Positions 19,581 to 30,313 are shown, counted from the first letter of the stretch. The stretch is 64,000 nucleotides of DNA from an uncultured Rhodopirellula sp. (GCA_964007735.1 CAXGAI010000011.1:62001-126000); one strand, 5' to 3'. Notes: generated by a model not told the origin, from the letters alone. Numbers and translations: made by a program.

Positions 19581-22025
19581 ATGCGCTGCAACTTAGCATT
19601 CTTCACATTCGTATTCGCGTTGCTGAATTTAGCCCTCAGCAATACATTTCTGATGGCTCAAGCAGAGTCTTCTCAGCAGGTGAAGTTCTTTGAAGAGAAG
19701 ATCCGTCCTCTCCTAGCACGCCATTGCTATGAATGTCATGGTGACAAAAAACAGAAAAGCGGTTTACGAGTCGACTCGATTGATGCCCTTATAAAAGGGG
19801 GGGATTCTGGGCAGGCCGTTGTTCCTGGCAAACCCGGTGAAAGTTTACTTCTAGCAGCGGTTAATTACGACGGCTTAGAAATGCCTCCGAAGGAAAAGCT
19901 CTCTTCTGAGGAGATTGACCACCTTGCAACTTGGATCAGATCGGGCGCACCGTGGCCGCAATCTAACCTTACCCCGGCTCAAAACCTTACTTTGAGGTTC
20001 ACGGAATCCCAAAAGAACTTCTGGGCCTTCCAACCCATCCAAATTCCTCGCATTCCCAATTCTAATTCCCCCTGGGTAACCAATGCGATCGACCAATTCG
20101 TATTACAAAAGCTTAACGCCCATGACCTAAGCCCCGCTCAGATCGCTAATCCCGAAAAACTACTAAGAAGACTCTACTTCGATCTTACTGGCCTTGCTCC
20201 ATCGTCTGATACGGTAACGGATTTTATCGCTGATCCCAGTGAAGAACATTATCGATCGATTGTTGATTCTTTACTGGCCAGCCCTCAGTACGGTGAACGC
20301 TGGGCACGTTTCTGGCTGGATCTGGTTCGTTACGCGGAATCCGACGGGTATAACAGCGACTCGTATCGCAGTGGAGCGTGGCACTATCGTGACTATGTGA
20401 TTAAGGCTTTTCAGAATGACAAACCTTACGATCAGTTCATCCAAGAGCAACTTGCCGGAGACGAACTTGCCCCCCAAAATCTTGAGGCTCAAATCGCCAC
20501 TGGTTATCTACGACACTGGATCTATGAATACAATCAGCGTGATGCGAAGTCTCAATGGGCGATCATCCTCAACGACATCACAGACGTAACCGGAGACACT
20601 TTTCTTGGCATGGGGATGAGTTGTGCTCGATGCCACGATCACAAATTTGATCCAATCCTCCAGGAAGATTATTTCCGTCTGCAGGCATTCTTTTCGCCCT
20701 TGCTACCCATCAATCGGATCATCAATGCACCTGCCGAAAAAATTGCCGAATATCAGCAGAAACTGTTAATCTGGGAAGAAGCGACCAAAGACGTACGACA
20801 ACAAATCGACGAAATGCAAGCGTCCCAGAAAAAGTCTTCGCGCCATGCTCAATATTCCAAATTCCCTTTGGATGTCCGGCCTTTCCTATTCAAATCGCCC
20901 GCCGAACGTTCGCCTTATGAGCAGCAATTAGCCTATCTTGCCGATCTACAAGTGGACGCGCAAATTACGAAGATCAAATGGGAAGATCACTTTAAAGATG
21001 ATAAGAAGGCTCAGTGGGAAGAATTAACGGCCAAGCTAAAAGAGTTCGATAAACTCAAACCCCTTGCTTTGGAAGTTCTACCTACCATAACCGATGTAGG
21101 TGCCAATCCGCCTGAAACATTCATCCAAGATACGGATGAATTAGTGCAACCGGGAATTTTAAGTATCATCGACCCCAGTGATACTCTGATTCAACAAAAC
21201 GTCGGCGCCCCTACTACAGGCCGACGCACTGCCTTGGCCCACTGGATAACAAATAAAAAGAATCCATTAACAAGCCGTGTCATGGTAAATCGGATTTGGC
21301 AACACTATTTCGGGGAGGGAATTGTTGCAACACCGAGCGACTTTGGAATTCTAGGTTCGCGGCCAACGCATCCTGAGTTACTTGACTATTTAGCCTCGGA
21401 ATTGACTTCGAACAAATGGAGTATCAAACATATCCATCGTTTAATACTTCATTCCAGCACATACCGACAATCAGCAATGAATCCGATGGGGGAGAAAGCC
21501 CGCGGAATCGACTTTGATAACGTACTGCTTTGGCGTGCGAATGTTCGCCGGCTAGACGCCGAGCAGATTCGTGATAGTCTCCTTGCGGCCTCGGGTGAAC
21601 TCGATCGCAAGTCACTTGGCCCGCCGGTTGAAGCGTCAAAGCCCCGTCGATCGATCTATTTGAAGGTCATACGAAATCAACCCAACGAATTATTAATGGC
21701 GTTTGATGGTACCGACAATATTCTCAGTACTCCTGAACGCATGACTACGACGACTCCGAACCAGGCACTGCTCGTCCTAAACAACGACTGGATCGTTGAA
21801 CGCGCAAATAAACTAGCTGCAAATACAGAACCCGACGACGCTTCACCGAAAACCTTAGATGCGGCAGTTTCTCATTTGCATCTGCACTTATTTGGAAGGC
21901 CCGTTCAGGACACCGAGTTGGCAACGGCGCATAAATTCCTTACAAAAAACCCCTCACTGAGTGCTAATTGGCAGGACTATTGCCATGTATTACTATGTTC
22001 AAATGAATTCTTCTACCTTGACTAA
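19581..22025 (+). CDS. PSCyt1 + DUF1549 + DUF1553 protein
   Basis: FFEEKIRPLLARHCYECH; GERWARFWLDLVRYAESDG; CARCHDHKFDP; NPLTSRVMVNRIWQHYFG; PTHPELLDYLA. The ORF track starts at TTG 19572. Confidence 0.92.
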   Translation: MRCNLAFFTFVFALLNLALSNTFLMAQAESSQQVKFFEEKIRPLLARHCYECHGDKKQKSGLRVDSIDALIKGGDSGQAVVPGKPGESLLLAAVNYDGLEMPPKEKLSSEEIDHLATWIRSGAPWPQSNLTPAQNLTLRFTESQKNFWAFQPIQIPRIPNSNSPWVTNAIDQFVLQKLNAHDLSPAQIANPEKLLRRLYFDLTGLAPSSDTVTDFIADPSEEHYRSIVDSLLASPQYGERWARFWLDLVRYAESDGYNSDSYRSGAWHYRDYVIKAFQNDKPYDQFIQEQLAGDELAPQNLEAQIATGYLRHWIYEYNQRDAKSQWAIILNDITDVTGDTFLGMGMSCARCHDHKFDPILQEDYFRLQAFFSPLLPINRIINAPAEKIAEYQQKLLIWEEATKDVRQQIDEMQASQKKSSRHAQYSKFPLDVRPFLFKSPAERSPYEQQLAYLADLQVDAQITKIKWEDHFKDDKKAQWEELTAKLKEFDKLKPLALEVLPTITDVGANPPETFIQDTDELVQPGILSIIDPSDTLIQQNVGAPTTGRRTALAHWITNKKNPLTSRVMVNRIWQHYFGEGIVATPSDFGILGSRPTHPELLDYLASELTSNKWSIKHIHRLILHSSTYRQSAMNPMGEKARGIDFDNVLLWRANVRRLDAEQIRDSLLAASGELDRKSLGPPVEASKPRRSIYLKVIRNQPNELLMAFDGTDNILSTPERMTTTTPNQALLVLNNDWIVERANKLAANTEPDDASPKTLDAAVSHLHLHLFGRPVQDTELATAHKFLTKNPSLSANWQDYCHVLLCSNEFFYLD

Positions 22026-22066
22026 TAGAATAGCGAGCATATTAGAACCCAAGCTATAATAACATT

Positions 22067-23461
22067 ATGACCAGCAACAGATTTCAAACTCGGCGTGAAA
22101 TGTTGTCCCGAGCCGGAGCCGGTTTTGGAGCCATCGCTTTATCGGGACTGCTTCAAGACGAACGCGTAAGGGCCGGAGAAAAGGCTCACCACACTCCGAC
22201 TGCTAAAAACGTCATCTTCCTGTTTATGGAAGGGGGGCCGAGCGCTATGGATCTGTTTGACCCGAAGCCAAAGTTACGTGAACTTGCCGGGCAGCCACTG
22301 CCGGATTCCTTCGGCCCCATTATTACCCCGATGGGTGAATACAATGCCCCATTGCTAGCCGACAAACGTAAGTGGAAACAACATGGTGAGGCTGGCACCT
22401 GGGTTTCAGACTGGTTACCCAATATCGCCAACTGCGTCGATGATATCGCCGTCATCCGGTCATTGCACGGAAACGGTCTCAATCATTCCAATGGCGTGTG
22501 CCAAATGAACACCTGTTCTATCCGCGGCGGCCGTCCTTCTCTGGGAAGTTGGGTCAGCTATGGACTGGGAACAGAAAACAGTAATCTGCCAGGCTTCGTG
22601 GTTCTTGAAGATATTCCCAACAAAGTCTTTAACAAATCGCGTAACTGGAGTGCCGGATTCATGCCTGCTGTCTATCAGGGCACCGCGTTATACAACTCCA
22701 ACCCACCTATTAAGAATCTGACACCGCCAGGCAGTCTCAGTTCGGATCGCCAACTTGAAAAACTGGAATTACTTACTACGGTTAATAAACGACACGCAAG
22801 CAAACTCAGCAAAGAACAATCCGAGTTGGAAGCTCGCATAGAAAGCTTCGAACTCGCTTACCGTATGCAACAAGCAGCGCCCGATGCTGTAGATCTTGCC
22901 TCCGAAACCGAAGAAACCAAAAAACTTTACGGGATGGATCAGGACGACACGAAGGATTTTGGGAAAAACTGTCTTCTGGCCCGGCGTTTGGTTGAACGCG
23001 GAGTTCGATTCGTACAACTCTATCATGGCTGTGGCAGTAAATGGGATGCTCACCAAAACATCGAGTCCAACCACACAAAGAACTGTAAGGCGAGTGATAA
23101 GCCTGTTGCCGGTTTGATACAAGACCTGAAACGTCGCGGGCTGCTGGAGGAAACGCTAGTGATCTGGGGGGGTGAATTTGGTCGCACGCCGATGAGTGAA
23201 AAAGGAACCGGACGTGACCACAACGCCTATGGCTTTACAATGTTTATGGCCGGTGGTGGAGTCAAAGGTGGGCAAGTGATCGGCACAACTGATGAAGTCG
23301 GGCTGCATGCCGTTGAAGATCGCATGCACATCAAAGATCTCCATACCACTATTCTTTATTTGTTGGGCATCGACAACATGAAATTGGTATATCACCATCA
23401 GGGTCGACCGGAGCGTCCAACGCTCAATGAAGGTTCTCCCATGCTCAAACTTCTCGGTTAA
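22067..23461 (+). CDS. DUF1501 family protein (Tat signal)
   Basis: TRREML twin-arginine leader; AKNVIFLFMEGGPS..DLFDPKP; ARRLVERGVRFVQ; WGGEFGRTP; GRDH. Confidence 0.93.
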   Translation: MTSNRFQTRREMLSRAGAGFGAIALSGLLQDERVRAGEKAHHTPTAKNVIFLFMEGGPSAMDLFDPKPKLRELAGQPLPDSFGPIITPMGEYNAPLLADKRKWKQHGEAGTWVSDWLPNIANCVDDIAVIRSLHGNGLNHSNGVCQMNTCSIRGGRPSLGSWVSYGLGTENSNLPGFVVLEDIPNKVFNKSRNWSAGFMPAVYQGTALYNSNPPIKNLTPPGSLSSDRQLEKLELLTTVNKRHASKLSKEQSELEARIESFELAYRMQQAAPDAVDLASETEETKKLYGMDQDDTKDFGKNCLLARRLVERGVRFVQLYHGCGSKWDAHQNIESNHTKNCKASDKPVAGLIQDLKRRGLLEETLVIWGGEFGRTPMSEKGTGRDHNAYGFTMFMAGGGVKGGQVIGTTDEVGLHAVEDRMHIKDLHTTILYLLGIDNMKLVYHHQGRPERPTLNEGSPMLKLLG

Positions 23462-23495
23462 ACTTTCGATTCACTGGAAATAATTCGCTACGGCC

Positions 23496-24011
23496 ATGCC
23501 ATTTTCTGACTTCCCGGAATTTTCAATACGGCCGGCTCTCAATTCCGATCAGGATCAAATCGTCAAACTAATTGGCGACTGCTATCAGGAATATGGTGAC
23601 CAAGTCGTTCTTCATGGTGACGACAGTGACTTACTCGATATTGAAGGTAATTACCGTGATCGAGAGGGGGAATTCATCGTCGTTTGCAACAAAACAGGTG
23701 TGATCATTGCCACTCATGCTGTTGTCCCACTGGACCAATACACAGGACTCTGTACCTTTCGCCGACTCTACCTACATTCCGAATTACGTGGTACAGGTCT
23801 CGGAAAGGCTTTGATGATTTGGGCTATCGACTGGGCACGTGAAACGGGTTTTCGTCGAGTGGAATTCTGGTCAGATACTCGTTTTACGCGAGCCCATTCG
23901 TTCTTCGGTAAACTGGGATTCCAAACTCGCGGGGAAACACGAGATATGAACGATGGATTCCAACCCTACAGTGAGTTCTTCTTTTGGTTGGATATCACAC
24001 CAAACAGCTAA
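23496..24011 (+). CDS. GNAT family N-acetyltransferase
   Basis: RRLYLHSELRGTGLGKAL acetyl-CoA motif; AHSFFGKLGF. Confidence 0.88.
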   Translation: MPFSDFPEFSIRPALNSDQDQIVKLIGDCYQEYGDQVVLHGDDSDLLDIEGNYRDREGEFIVVCNKTGVIIATHAVVPLDQYTGLCTFRRLYLHSELRGTGLGKALMIWAIDWARETGFRRVEFWSDTRFTRAHSFFGKLGFQTRGETRDMNDGFQPYSEFFFWLDITPNS

Positions 24012-24103
24012 GTATTCTCGTTAGACCGCTTTCCAATACATTACAATTCATGTCAGAATTGGTTTTATTAGAACTCCCGTATATCTACTTTGGAATCCTA
24101 AAG

Positions 24104-26827
24104 ATGAATCGAGTCATTCAACAGACCTTGGCCATGTCTCTGATACTTTTTTTGACTATTGTGCCCTTAGCTAAAGCGGAGACCAAAGAACTAGTCACCA
24201 TAGAAGGAATCACCTCCTACAAAATGGATAATGGGCTTCAAATCCTCCTCTATCCAGATGACTCAGCATCAACAGTCACTGTGAATATGACGATCTTCGT
24301 TGGTTCACGACACGAAGGATATGGGGAAGCTGGGATGGCTCATCTCCTCGAACATATGCTATTTAAGGGGACTCCAACCTTTAGCAACATCCCTGCCCTG
24401 CTCAACGAAAAGGGGGCCCGCTTTAACGGCACCACCTGGCTGGATCGAACCAACTATTACGAAACACTGCCTGCTAGTGATGAAAATCTTAAACTGGCGA
24501 TTCATCTTGAATCCGACCGCATGATGAATAGTTACATCAAAGGGGAAGATCTGCAATCTGAATTCTCCGTCGTACGTAGCGAATTTGAACGCGGAGAAAA
24601 CAACCCTAGCCGAGTACTTATGCAGCGAATGCAATCTGCTGCTTTTGACTGGCATAACTACGGCAAGTCTACCATTGGAAATAAAAGTGATATCGAATTG
24701 GTACCTTTACCTCGCTTGCGAGCCTTTTATAAGAAGTACTATCAGCCAGACAACACTATGGTTGTAGTGGCCGGTCGATTTGACAAAGAGAAAGCGCTTG
24801 AGTATCTAAACGAACACTTTGGTAAGATCCCCGCTCCCGAACGAAAACTCGAACGTACTTACACGATCGAACCTCCTCAAGACGGCGAACGTATCGTTAA
24901 TCTTCGACGAGTTGGTGAAGTAGGAATCGCTGGCGTCTTGTATCACGTTCCAGCCTCAGCGCACCCTGACTTCGCCGCGGTCGATGTACTGAGCTACATC
25001 CTGTCAACCGAACCCGCCGGAAGACTATACAAAACACTCGTCGAAACCAAAGTCGCTTCGAATATTGTTGGCGGTACTTTTGCATTACACGATCCAGGCG
25101 TCATGTTGTTCTACAGTCAGGCTACCGAAAAGGGAAACATCACCAAGGTTCGCGACATTATCCTCGCCGAAATCGAAAAAATTGTCACGGATGGTGTTAC
25201 CGAAGACGAGGTTAAACGAGTCATTCAACAACTTACCAAACAGCGTGAACAGTCACTCAACAACACAAGTCAAATTGCTATCGATCTTAGTGACTGGGCT
25301 GCTCAGGGAGATTGGCGACTATTCTTCCTCTACCGAGATCGCTTTGAAAAAGTCACCCCGGAAGATGTACAGCGAGTAGCTACCCTCTATACCCGACCTG
25401 AAAACCGCACAATTGGCATGTTCATTCCAACAAATGAACCAAGTTATGTCACTATTCCGGAAACCGGAAATATCACCGCCATGGTGGAAGATTACGAAGG
25501 CCGGGCAACTGTTGCACAGGGTGAAAAGTTCGAGGCTACGCTCGACAACATTGAGCAGCGTACCGATCTAACAACGCTACAATCTGGTGTTCAGGCAGCA
25601 TTATTACCTAAGAAGAGCCGTGGTGAACAAGTGGTTCTCAATCTGAGCTTGAACTTTGGGACGCTAGAAAGCCTTCAAGGTTACGACGTTGCTGCAAGCT
25701 ATATCGGTCCCCTAATGCTGCGAGGCACCGATGACAAAACGCACCAGCAGATTCAAGACGAGTTGGATGCTCTGGGAGCGACACTTAGCATCAGCAGTTC
25801 AGCAGGTTCTCTTGATTTCTCCATTCTTGCTAAACGTGACACGCTTCCCAAAGTTTTAGCGTTAGCAAGAGAGATCATCGAAAATCCATCGTTCCCTGAA
25901 GAAGAACTTCAAGTGATGTTACAGCAGCGGATTACTTCACTGGAAGCATCAAAAAGCGAACCGCAGTCATTAGCAATGAACCTACTCTCTCGAAAAATGA
26001 CTCCTTATCCGGTAGATGACATTCGCGCCACTTTACCTGTAGAGGATCAAATTGAACAACTGAAAAGCGTTACGATTGAAGACGTCATCAAACTGTTTAA
26101 GGAACAAGTGGGGAATCAATCAGGGGAACTGGTAGCAGTGGGAGACTTTGACATCGAAGAAGTTACTCCCATGATTCAGGACGCTGTAAAATCTATTAGT
26201 TCAGACATTACCTATCAGCGGATTGGCAATACGCCTTTTCTCGATGTCAAAGGCGGACAAGAAACGATCCTGACTCCGGACAAGAAAAACGCATTCTACA
26301 TCTCGGCTCACCAAATCCCGGTTGGACGTCTCCATCCGGACTATCCTGCGTTGCTGATCGGAAATCATATTCTCGGTGGCGGCTCACTTTCATCACGACT
26401 TGCTGACCGCGTTCGTCAACAGGAAGGGCTGTCTTACACCGTGGGGTCGATGTACCGAACCTACGCTAAGGAAGGCCATGGCAGAGTAATGATTTATGCA
26501 ATCTCAAATCCTGACAACTCTGATAAAGTTGTGAAAGTGATTAATGAGGAATTGACCAAACTTATTAGTGACGGGGTGACCGAAGAAGAAGTTACGAAAG
26601 CGGTTGAGTCGAACCTACAAAGTAGTGCCGTTTCGAGATCAACGGATAGTGGAATCGCAGGAATGCTGGGGTCGTTACTGGCTCAGGATAGGGATATTCA
26701 GTCCACAAAAGACCTCGAGGATCAAATGATGAAGTTGACTCCCGAGCAGGTAAATTCTGCGCTCCGAAAATACCTGAAACCGGAAAAACTGATCATTGTC
26801 ACAGCTGGTGACTTCAAGAAAGATTAG
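24104..26827 (+). CDS. M16 (pitrilysin/PqqL-like) zinc protease, exported
   Basis: Inverted zinc motif HLLEH, NGTTWLDRTNYYE and GGGSLSSRL..RVRQQEGLSY. A signal peptide follows ATG 24104; the track start 23984 overlaps the GNAT gene. Confidence 0.93.
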   Translation: MNRVIQQTLAMSLILFLTIVPLAKAETKELVTIEGITSYKMDNGLQILLYPDDSASTVTVNMTIFVGSRHEGYGEAGMAHLLEHMLFKGTPTFSNIPALLNEKGARFNGTTWLDRTNYYETLPASDENLKLAIHLESDRMMNSYIKGEDLQSEFSVVRSEFERGENNPSRVLMQRMQSAAFDWHNYGKSTIGNKSDIELVPLPRLRAFYKKYYQPDNTMVVVAGRFDKEKALEYLNEHFGKIPAPERKLERTYTIEPPQDGERIVNLRRVGEVGIAGVLYHVPASAHPDFAAVDVLSYILSTEPAGRLYKTLVETKVASNIVGGTFALHDPGVMLFYSQATEKGNITKVRDIILAEIEKIVTDGVTEDEVKRVIQQLTKQREQSLNNTSQIAIDLSDWAAQGDWRLFFLYRDRFEKVTPEDVQRVATLYTRPENRTIGMFIPTNEPSYVTIPETGNITAMVEDYEGRATVAQGEKFEATLDNIEQRTDLTTLQSGVQAALLPKKSRGEQVVLNLSLNFGTLESLQGYDVAASYIGPLMLRGTDDKTHQQIQDELDALGATLSISSSAGSLDFSILAKRDTLPKVLALAREIIENPSFPEEELQVMLQQRITSLEASKSEPQSLAMNLLSRKMTPYPVDDIRATLPVEDQIEQLKSVTIEDVIKLFKEQVGNQSGELVAVGDFDIEEVTPMIQDAVKSISSDITYQRIGNTPFLDVKGGQETILTPDKKNAFYISAHQIPVGRLHPDYPALLIGNHILGGGSLSSRLADRVRQQEGLSYTVGSMYRTYAKEGHGRVMIYAISNPDNSDKVVKVINEELTKLISDGVTEEEVTKAVESNLQSSAVSRSTDSGIAGMLGSLLAQDRDIQSTKDLEDQMMKLTPEQVNSALRKYLKPEKLIIVTAGDFKKD

Positions 26828-26836
26828 TCGCCGACG

Positions 26837-28543
26837 TTAGCCATAATTGAGCTTTTTACCAGTCTCTCTTGATATCGGAGTATCAATTAACATCGGCTCG
26901 GTTATTGCGAGAGACTCTTTTATTGCGTCGCTTAAATCATCAGCCGTTGTCACTCGAACTGCTCGCATTCCCATCGAGGACGCCAACTGCACCAGGTCAT
27001 ATTCAGGACAGGTCAGGTCCATACCTTCATACTGGCCTTCCATCGCTCCTGACAATCCCATTCCTTGTGCACAGATTTTGAGAATATTGTACTGAGCATT
27101 GTTGGCAACGATAATGGTAGCCGGAATTTTGTATTTGACTGCCGACCATAACCCCTGTACGCCGTACATGATAGCTCCCTCACCCAGCACACCAATAACA
27201 TTTCTATCGGGCCAGGCCATCTGAGCACCTAAGGTCACGCCAAGCCCCCACCCCAGCCCCCAGCCACGATGTCCAAAATACCCCGTTGGGTCTTTCAAAT
27301 ACCCCAATCTTTCCAGCGTCGTATTGGTAGTTGTAACAGCCTCTTCAATCACTGCTGCATTTTCGGGTAAAACACGCCCAATTGCCTCCATAAAACACAA
27401 CGGAGTCAGAGGCATTTGCTCCCGTTCCGATTCAATCTGCTCTTTCAGCTTCTCCCGCGCATCGGCATGCTTTCCCGACCAATCCATTGCTTTCTGCTCG
27501 ACCAATAAACGCTCCCGATCTGTCATACTGGCTCGCAATCCGGCGGTAACAGACTGAATACCTTCTAAAGTATTTCCAACAAGGCCGACTTCCACTGGGA
27601 AGTTTTTTCCTATCTCTCGCGAACTTTCATCCAGGTGTATCAATTTGATGTGCCGCGGGATCGCCAGTGCCGGCTCATAATGAATGTACAATCTAAAGAG
27701 GTCCATTCCTGTCACAAAAATTACGTCAAATTCTTTGAGCCGCTCGTGAATCTCCGGCGCCCAGGGGGGGAGCCCCTGCCCGTAAAGTGGATGATCCGAC
27801 GGGAAAGCTAAGCGTCCATGCGTCGTACCTGATTCAGTGATCACTGGAGCTCCCAGGGTTTCTGCCAGCTCGACAAGCGCCTCATTCGCGCTGCGTTCAG
27901 TTACTCGTGAACCGCCAAGAATAGCCGGATTCTTGGCGGAACGGAGTAGTTCAACAGCCTGCTCGATTGCAGCGACTGGTGGGCGAACACGAACATCTGG
28001 AATGCTGATTGGTCTCATATCCAAGTCGAGTCCTTCTACAGATTCCATTTGTACATCGACTGGTAAAGACATGAAGACCGGACCCGTGGGTGGCGTCAAA
28101 GCAATTTGCACAGCGCGGCGAACAGCCGAAGGCAAATCGGCTACACGATTTACCTCTACCGCCCACTTAGTCCATGGCCGCACGACCCGTAACATTTCTC
28201 CACCTAAAATTGGCTCATCAAAATACAAACGACGGTCCTGCTGTCCTGCGGTTACCAGCAAAGGCGTCCCTTCACGAAAAGCATTGTAAAGCATCCCCAT
28301 TGCATTGCCTAAGCCCGGGCAAACATGCAAATTAACCACTCCCAATGCACCTGAAGCCATACTAAATCCATCAGCCATCGCCATGACGGGGACTTCTTGA
28401 AGCCCCAAGATGTATTGGATCCTGCCATCGCGAGTCAATGCATCGTTTAATGGCAATTCTGTGGAGCCCGGGTTACCAAAGATGTAACGCACTCCGTGTT
28501 CGGCTAACAAATCTAAGAACAATTCGATGCCAGTCTTTGCCAT
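26837..28543 (-). CDS. ThDP-dependent decarboxylase, benzoylformate decarboxylase-like
   Basis: IFGNPGSTELP, LQEVPVMAMADG, NLH..PGLGNAMG and GEG...NN. The ORF track starts at 28561. Confidence 0.85.
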   Translation of the reverse strand: MAKTGIELFLDLLAEHGVRYIFGNPGSTELPLNDALTRDGRIQYILGLQEVPVMAMADGFSMASGALGVVNLHVCPGLGNAMGMLYNAFREGTPLLVTAGQQDRRLYFDEPILGGEMLRVVRPWTKWAVEVNRVADLPSAVRRAVQIALTPPTGPVFMSLPVDVQMESVEGLDLDMRPISIPDVRVRPPVAAIEQAVELLRSAKNPAILGGSRVTERSANEALVELAETLGAPVITESGTTHGRLAFPSDHPLYGQGLPPWAPEIHERLKEFDVIFVTGMDLFRLYIHYEPALAIPRHIKLIHLDESSREIGKNFPVEVGLVGNTLEGIQSVTAGLRASMTDRERLLVEQKAMDWSGKHADAREKLKEQIESEREQMPLTPLCFMEAIGRVLPENAAVIEEAVTTTNTTLERLGYLKDPTGYFGHRGWGLGWGLGVTLGAQMAWPDRNVIGVLGEGAIMYGVQGLWSAVKYKIPATIIVANNAQYNILKICAQGMGLSGAMEGQYEGMDLTCPEYDLVQLASSMGMRAVRVTTADDLSDAIKESLAITEPMLIDTPISRETGKKLNYG

Positions 28544-28632
28544 CGTGAACGCTCCACACACGCTGATGAATTATAAAAACGAGTGGAACAAGCATGCCCA
28601 ACCGTTCTCAACTTCTCTTTTTGATGATTCTG

Positions 28633-29064
28633 CTAGATCTCACTGTCTAACTCGATAGATGCTATTCGCACAGATGGACGCGAATTTATTATCCGATGCG
28701 CCGCTTTAGATGAAGTCCGGAGAGTCGGTTGAATTACACTCATACTCTCTACCTCTTCAACTGATGAAGAGTGACTGTATAGCGTTTCTTCCGGGCCATC
28801 GTTGTACCAACTACTCCAAAAAAATTCGCCGCAACCGGACTTCCTTCCTCGCTCTTCCATTGACTGCTTGAACTTGCCGTGGACATGAATGGGATTGGAA
28901 ACGTCTATCACCCCATCAGAAATCGCAACTCCCATTGGCATTGCTGCTTCGGAGTAACGTCCACTAAGCGACGTGCAGGTACCGCAACAACCTGTCAGAA
29001 GTATCGAAAGACCAAAAAACAGTACAAAAAGCGGTAAATAGTGTCGTTGTCGGAGCACGACCAT
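28633..29064 (-). CDS. Hypothetical lipoprotein
   Basis: Basic-hydrophobic leader ending LLTGC, followed by CGTC; fills the gap between co-oriented genes. Confidence 0.55.
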   Translation of the reverse strand: MVVLRQRHYLPLFVLFFGLSILLTGCCGTCTSLSGRYSEAAMPMGVAISDGVIDVSNPIHVHGKFKQSMEERGRKSGCGEFFWSSWYNDGPEETLYSHSSSVEEVESMSVIQPTLRTSSKAAHRIINSRPSVRIASIELDSEI

Positions 29065-29218
29065 CCCCCCCGGAATAATTCAGCCTTAAATCAATTCAAG
29101 TACGACACGCCGTGTGATTCACTCGCATCTACTGCTTCTATCGGGATTTTAGAGACCGGATATTCGATAAAACCGGCAAAGTTTACCAAATGATGGTGGT
29201 TTCAGAGGCCGCCATAAC

Positions 29219-30304
29219 CTAATCAGCTATGCAGCTCACCACCGCATCACCCATTGCAACGGTTGAGAGTTGCCCGCCTAAATCTGGCGTCCTCGCCCCT
29301 TGCAGCAATGCTGTTTCAACGGCTGCGCGTACGTCCCGTGCTGCTGAAGAGCATTCTAAATGGTCAAGCATCATTGCCAGGCTTAGAATTGCCGCAATAG
29401 GATTAGCGATTCCTTTACCAGCAATATCAGGTGCTGAACCATGAACCGGCTCAAACATCGAAGGAAATTCTCGCGATGGATTTTCATTCGAACTAGGAGC
29501 CAAACCAAGACCACCTCCCAAAATCCCCCCCAGATCTGTCAGTAGATCACCAAACAGATTGGAGGCAACGATCACATCGAATTGATCAGGGCAACGCACG
29601 AGGTTCATAACAGCCGCATCACAATGCATCCGTTCTGCTTCCACATCCGGGTACTCAGGTTGTAATTCTTCCAGAATGTCATCCCACATCACGTACGAAT
29701 ACTTCTGAGCATTCGACTTGGTTGCCATTGTGAGTTTACCACGTCGTCGGCGGGCAGTTTCAAATCCAAACCTCAGAATTCTTTCAACACCCTTTCTGGT
29801 ATGAATGGCCGTCTGTACCGCCACTTCATCAGGAGTGCCCAGCTTAAAGCGTCCACCGTTGTCGATGTATTCCCCTTCGGAATTTTCACGAATGACAATG
29901 AAATCTATTTCCTCGGGACTTCGTCCGGCTAGCACGCTCTGCAGTCCTGAAAAAAGATTGGCCGGACGCACACAGGCGTACTGATCAAAGGCCTGACGAA
30001 TTTGTACCAATGGAGCCAACGTGACGTGATCAGGAATGGCGGCGGGCCAGCCGACAGCGCCCAATAAAATCGCATCAACACCACGTATTTGATCTAAGAA
30101 TCCTTCGGGAACAACCGTGCCATGTTCTTTCCAATATTCATATCCCCAATTTAATGTCTTGGTTTTGAACGTAATTCCATACCGTTCGCCGACTCGATAC
30201 ATCACGCGGACTGCCTGCTCCAAAACGTCCGGACCGATTCCATCACCTGGATATAAAGCTATCTCAAACTGTTCCATACTTTTGCAGTTCTTCTTTCGTA
30301 CCAT
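29219..30304 (-). CDS. Tartrate dehydrogenase / D-malate dehydrogenase (isocitrate/isopropylmalate dehydrogenase family)
   Basis: PGDGIG, LGAVGWPA.IPDH, RENSEGEY, ATKSNA, SNLFGDLLTDL, SMFEPVHGSAPDIAG. The start may be ATG 30277. Confidence 0.88.
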   Translation of the reverse strand: MVRKKNCKSMEQFEIALYPGDGIGPDVLEQAVRVMYRVGERYGITFKTKTLNWGYEYWKEHGTVVPEGFLDQIRGVDAILLGAVGWPAAIPDHVTLAPLVQIRQAFDQYACVRPANLFSGLQSVLAGRSPEEIDFIVIRENSEGEYIDNGGRFKLGTPDEVAVQTAIHTRKGVERILRFGFETARRRRGKLTMATKSNAQKYSYVMWDDILEELQPEYPDVEAERMHCDAAVMNLVRCPDQFDVIVASNLFGDLLTDLGGILGGGLGLAPSSNENPSREFPSMFEPVHGSAPDIAGKGIANPIAAILSLAMMLDHLECSSAARDVRAAVETALLQGARTPDLGGQLSTVAMGDAVVSCIAD

Positions 30305-30313
30305 TTAAAACGT

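Noticed and set aside
23984..24103. Apparent overlap of the M16 protease with the GNAT gene
   Set aside because: Artefact of the longest-ORF start; the signal peptide begins at ATG 24104.
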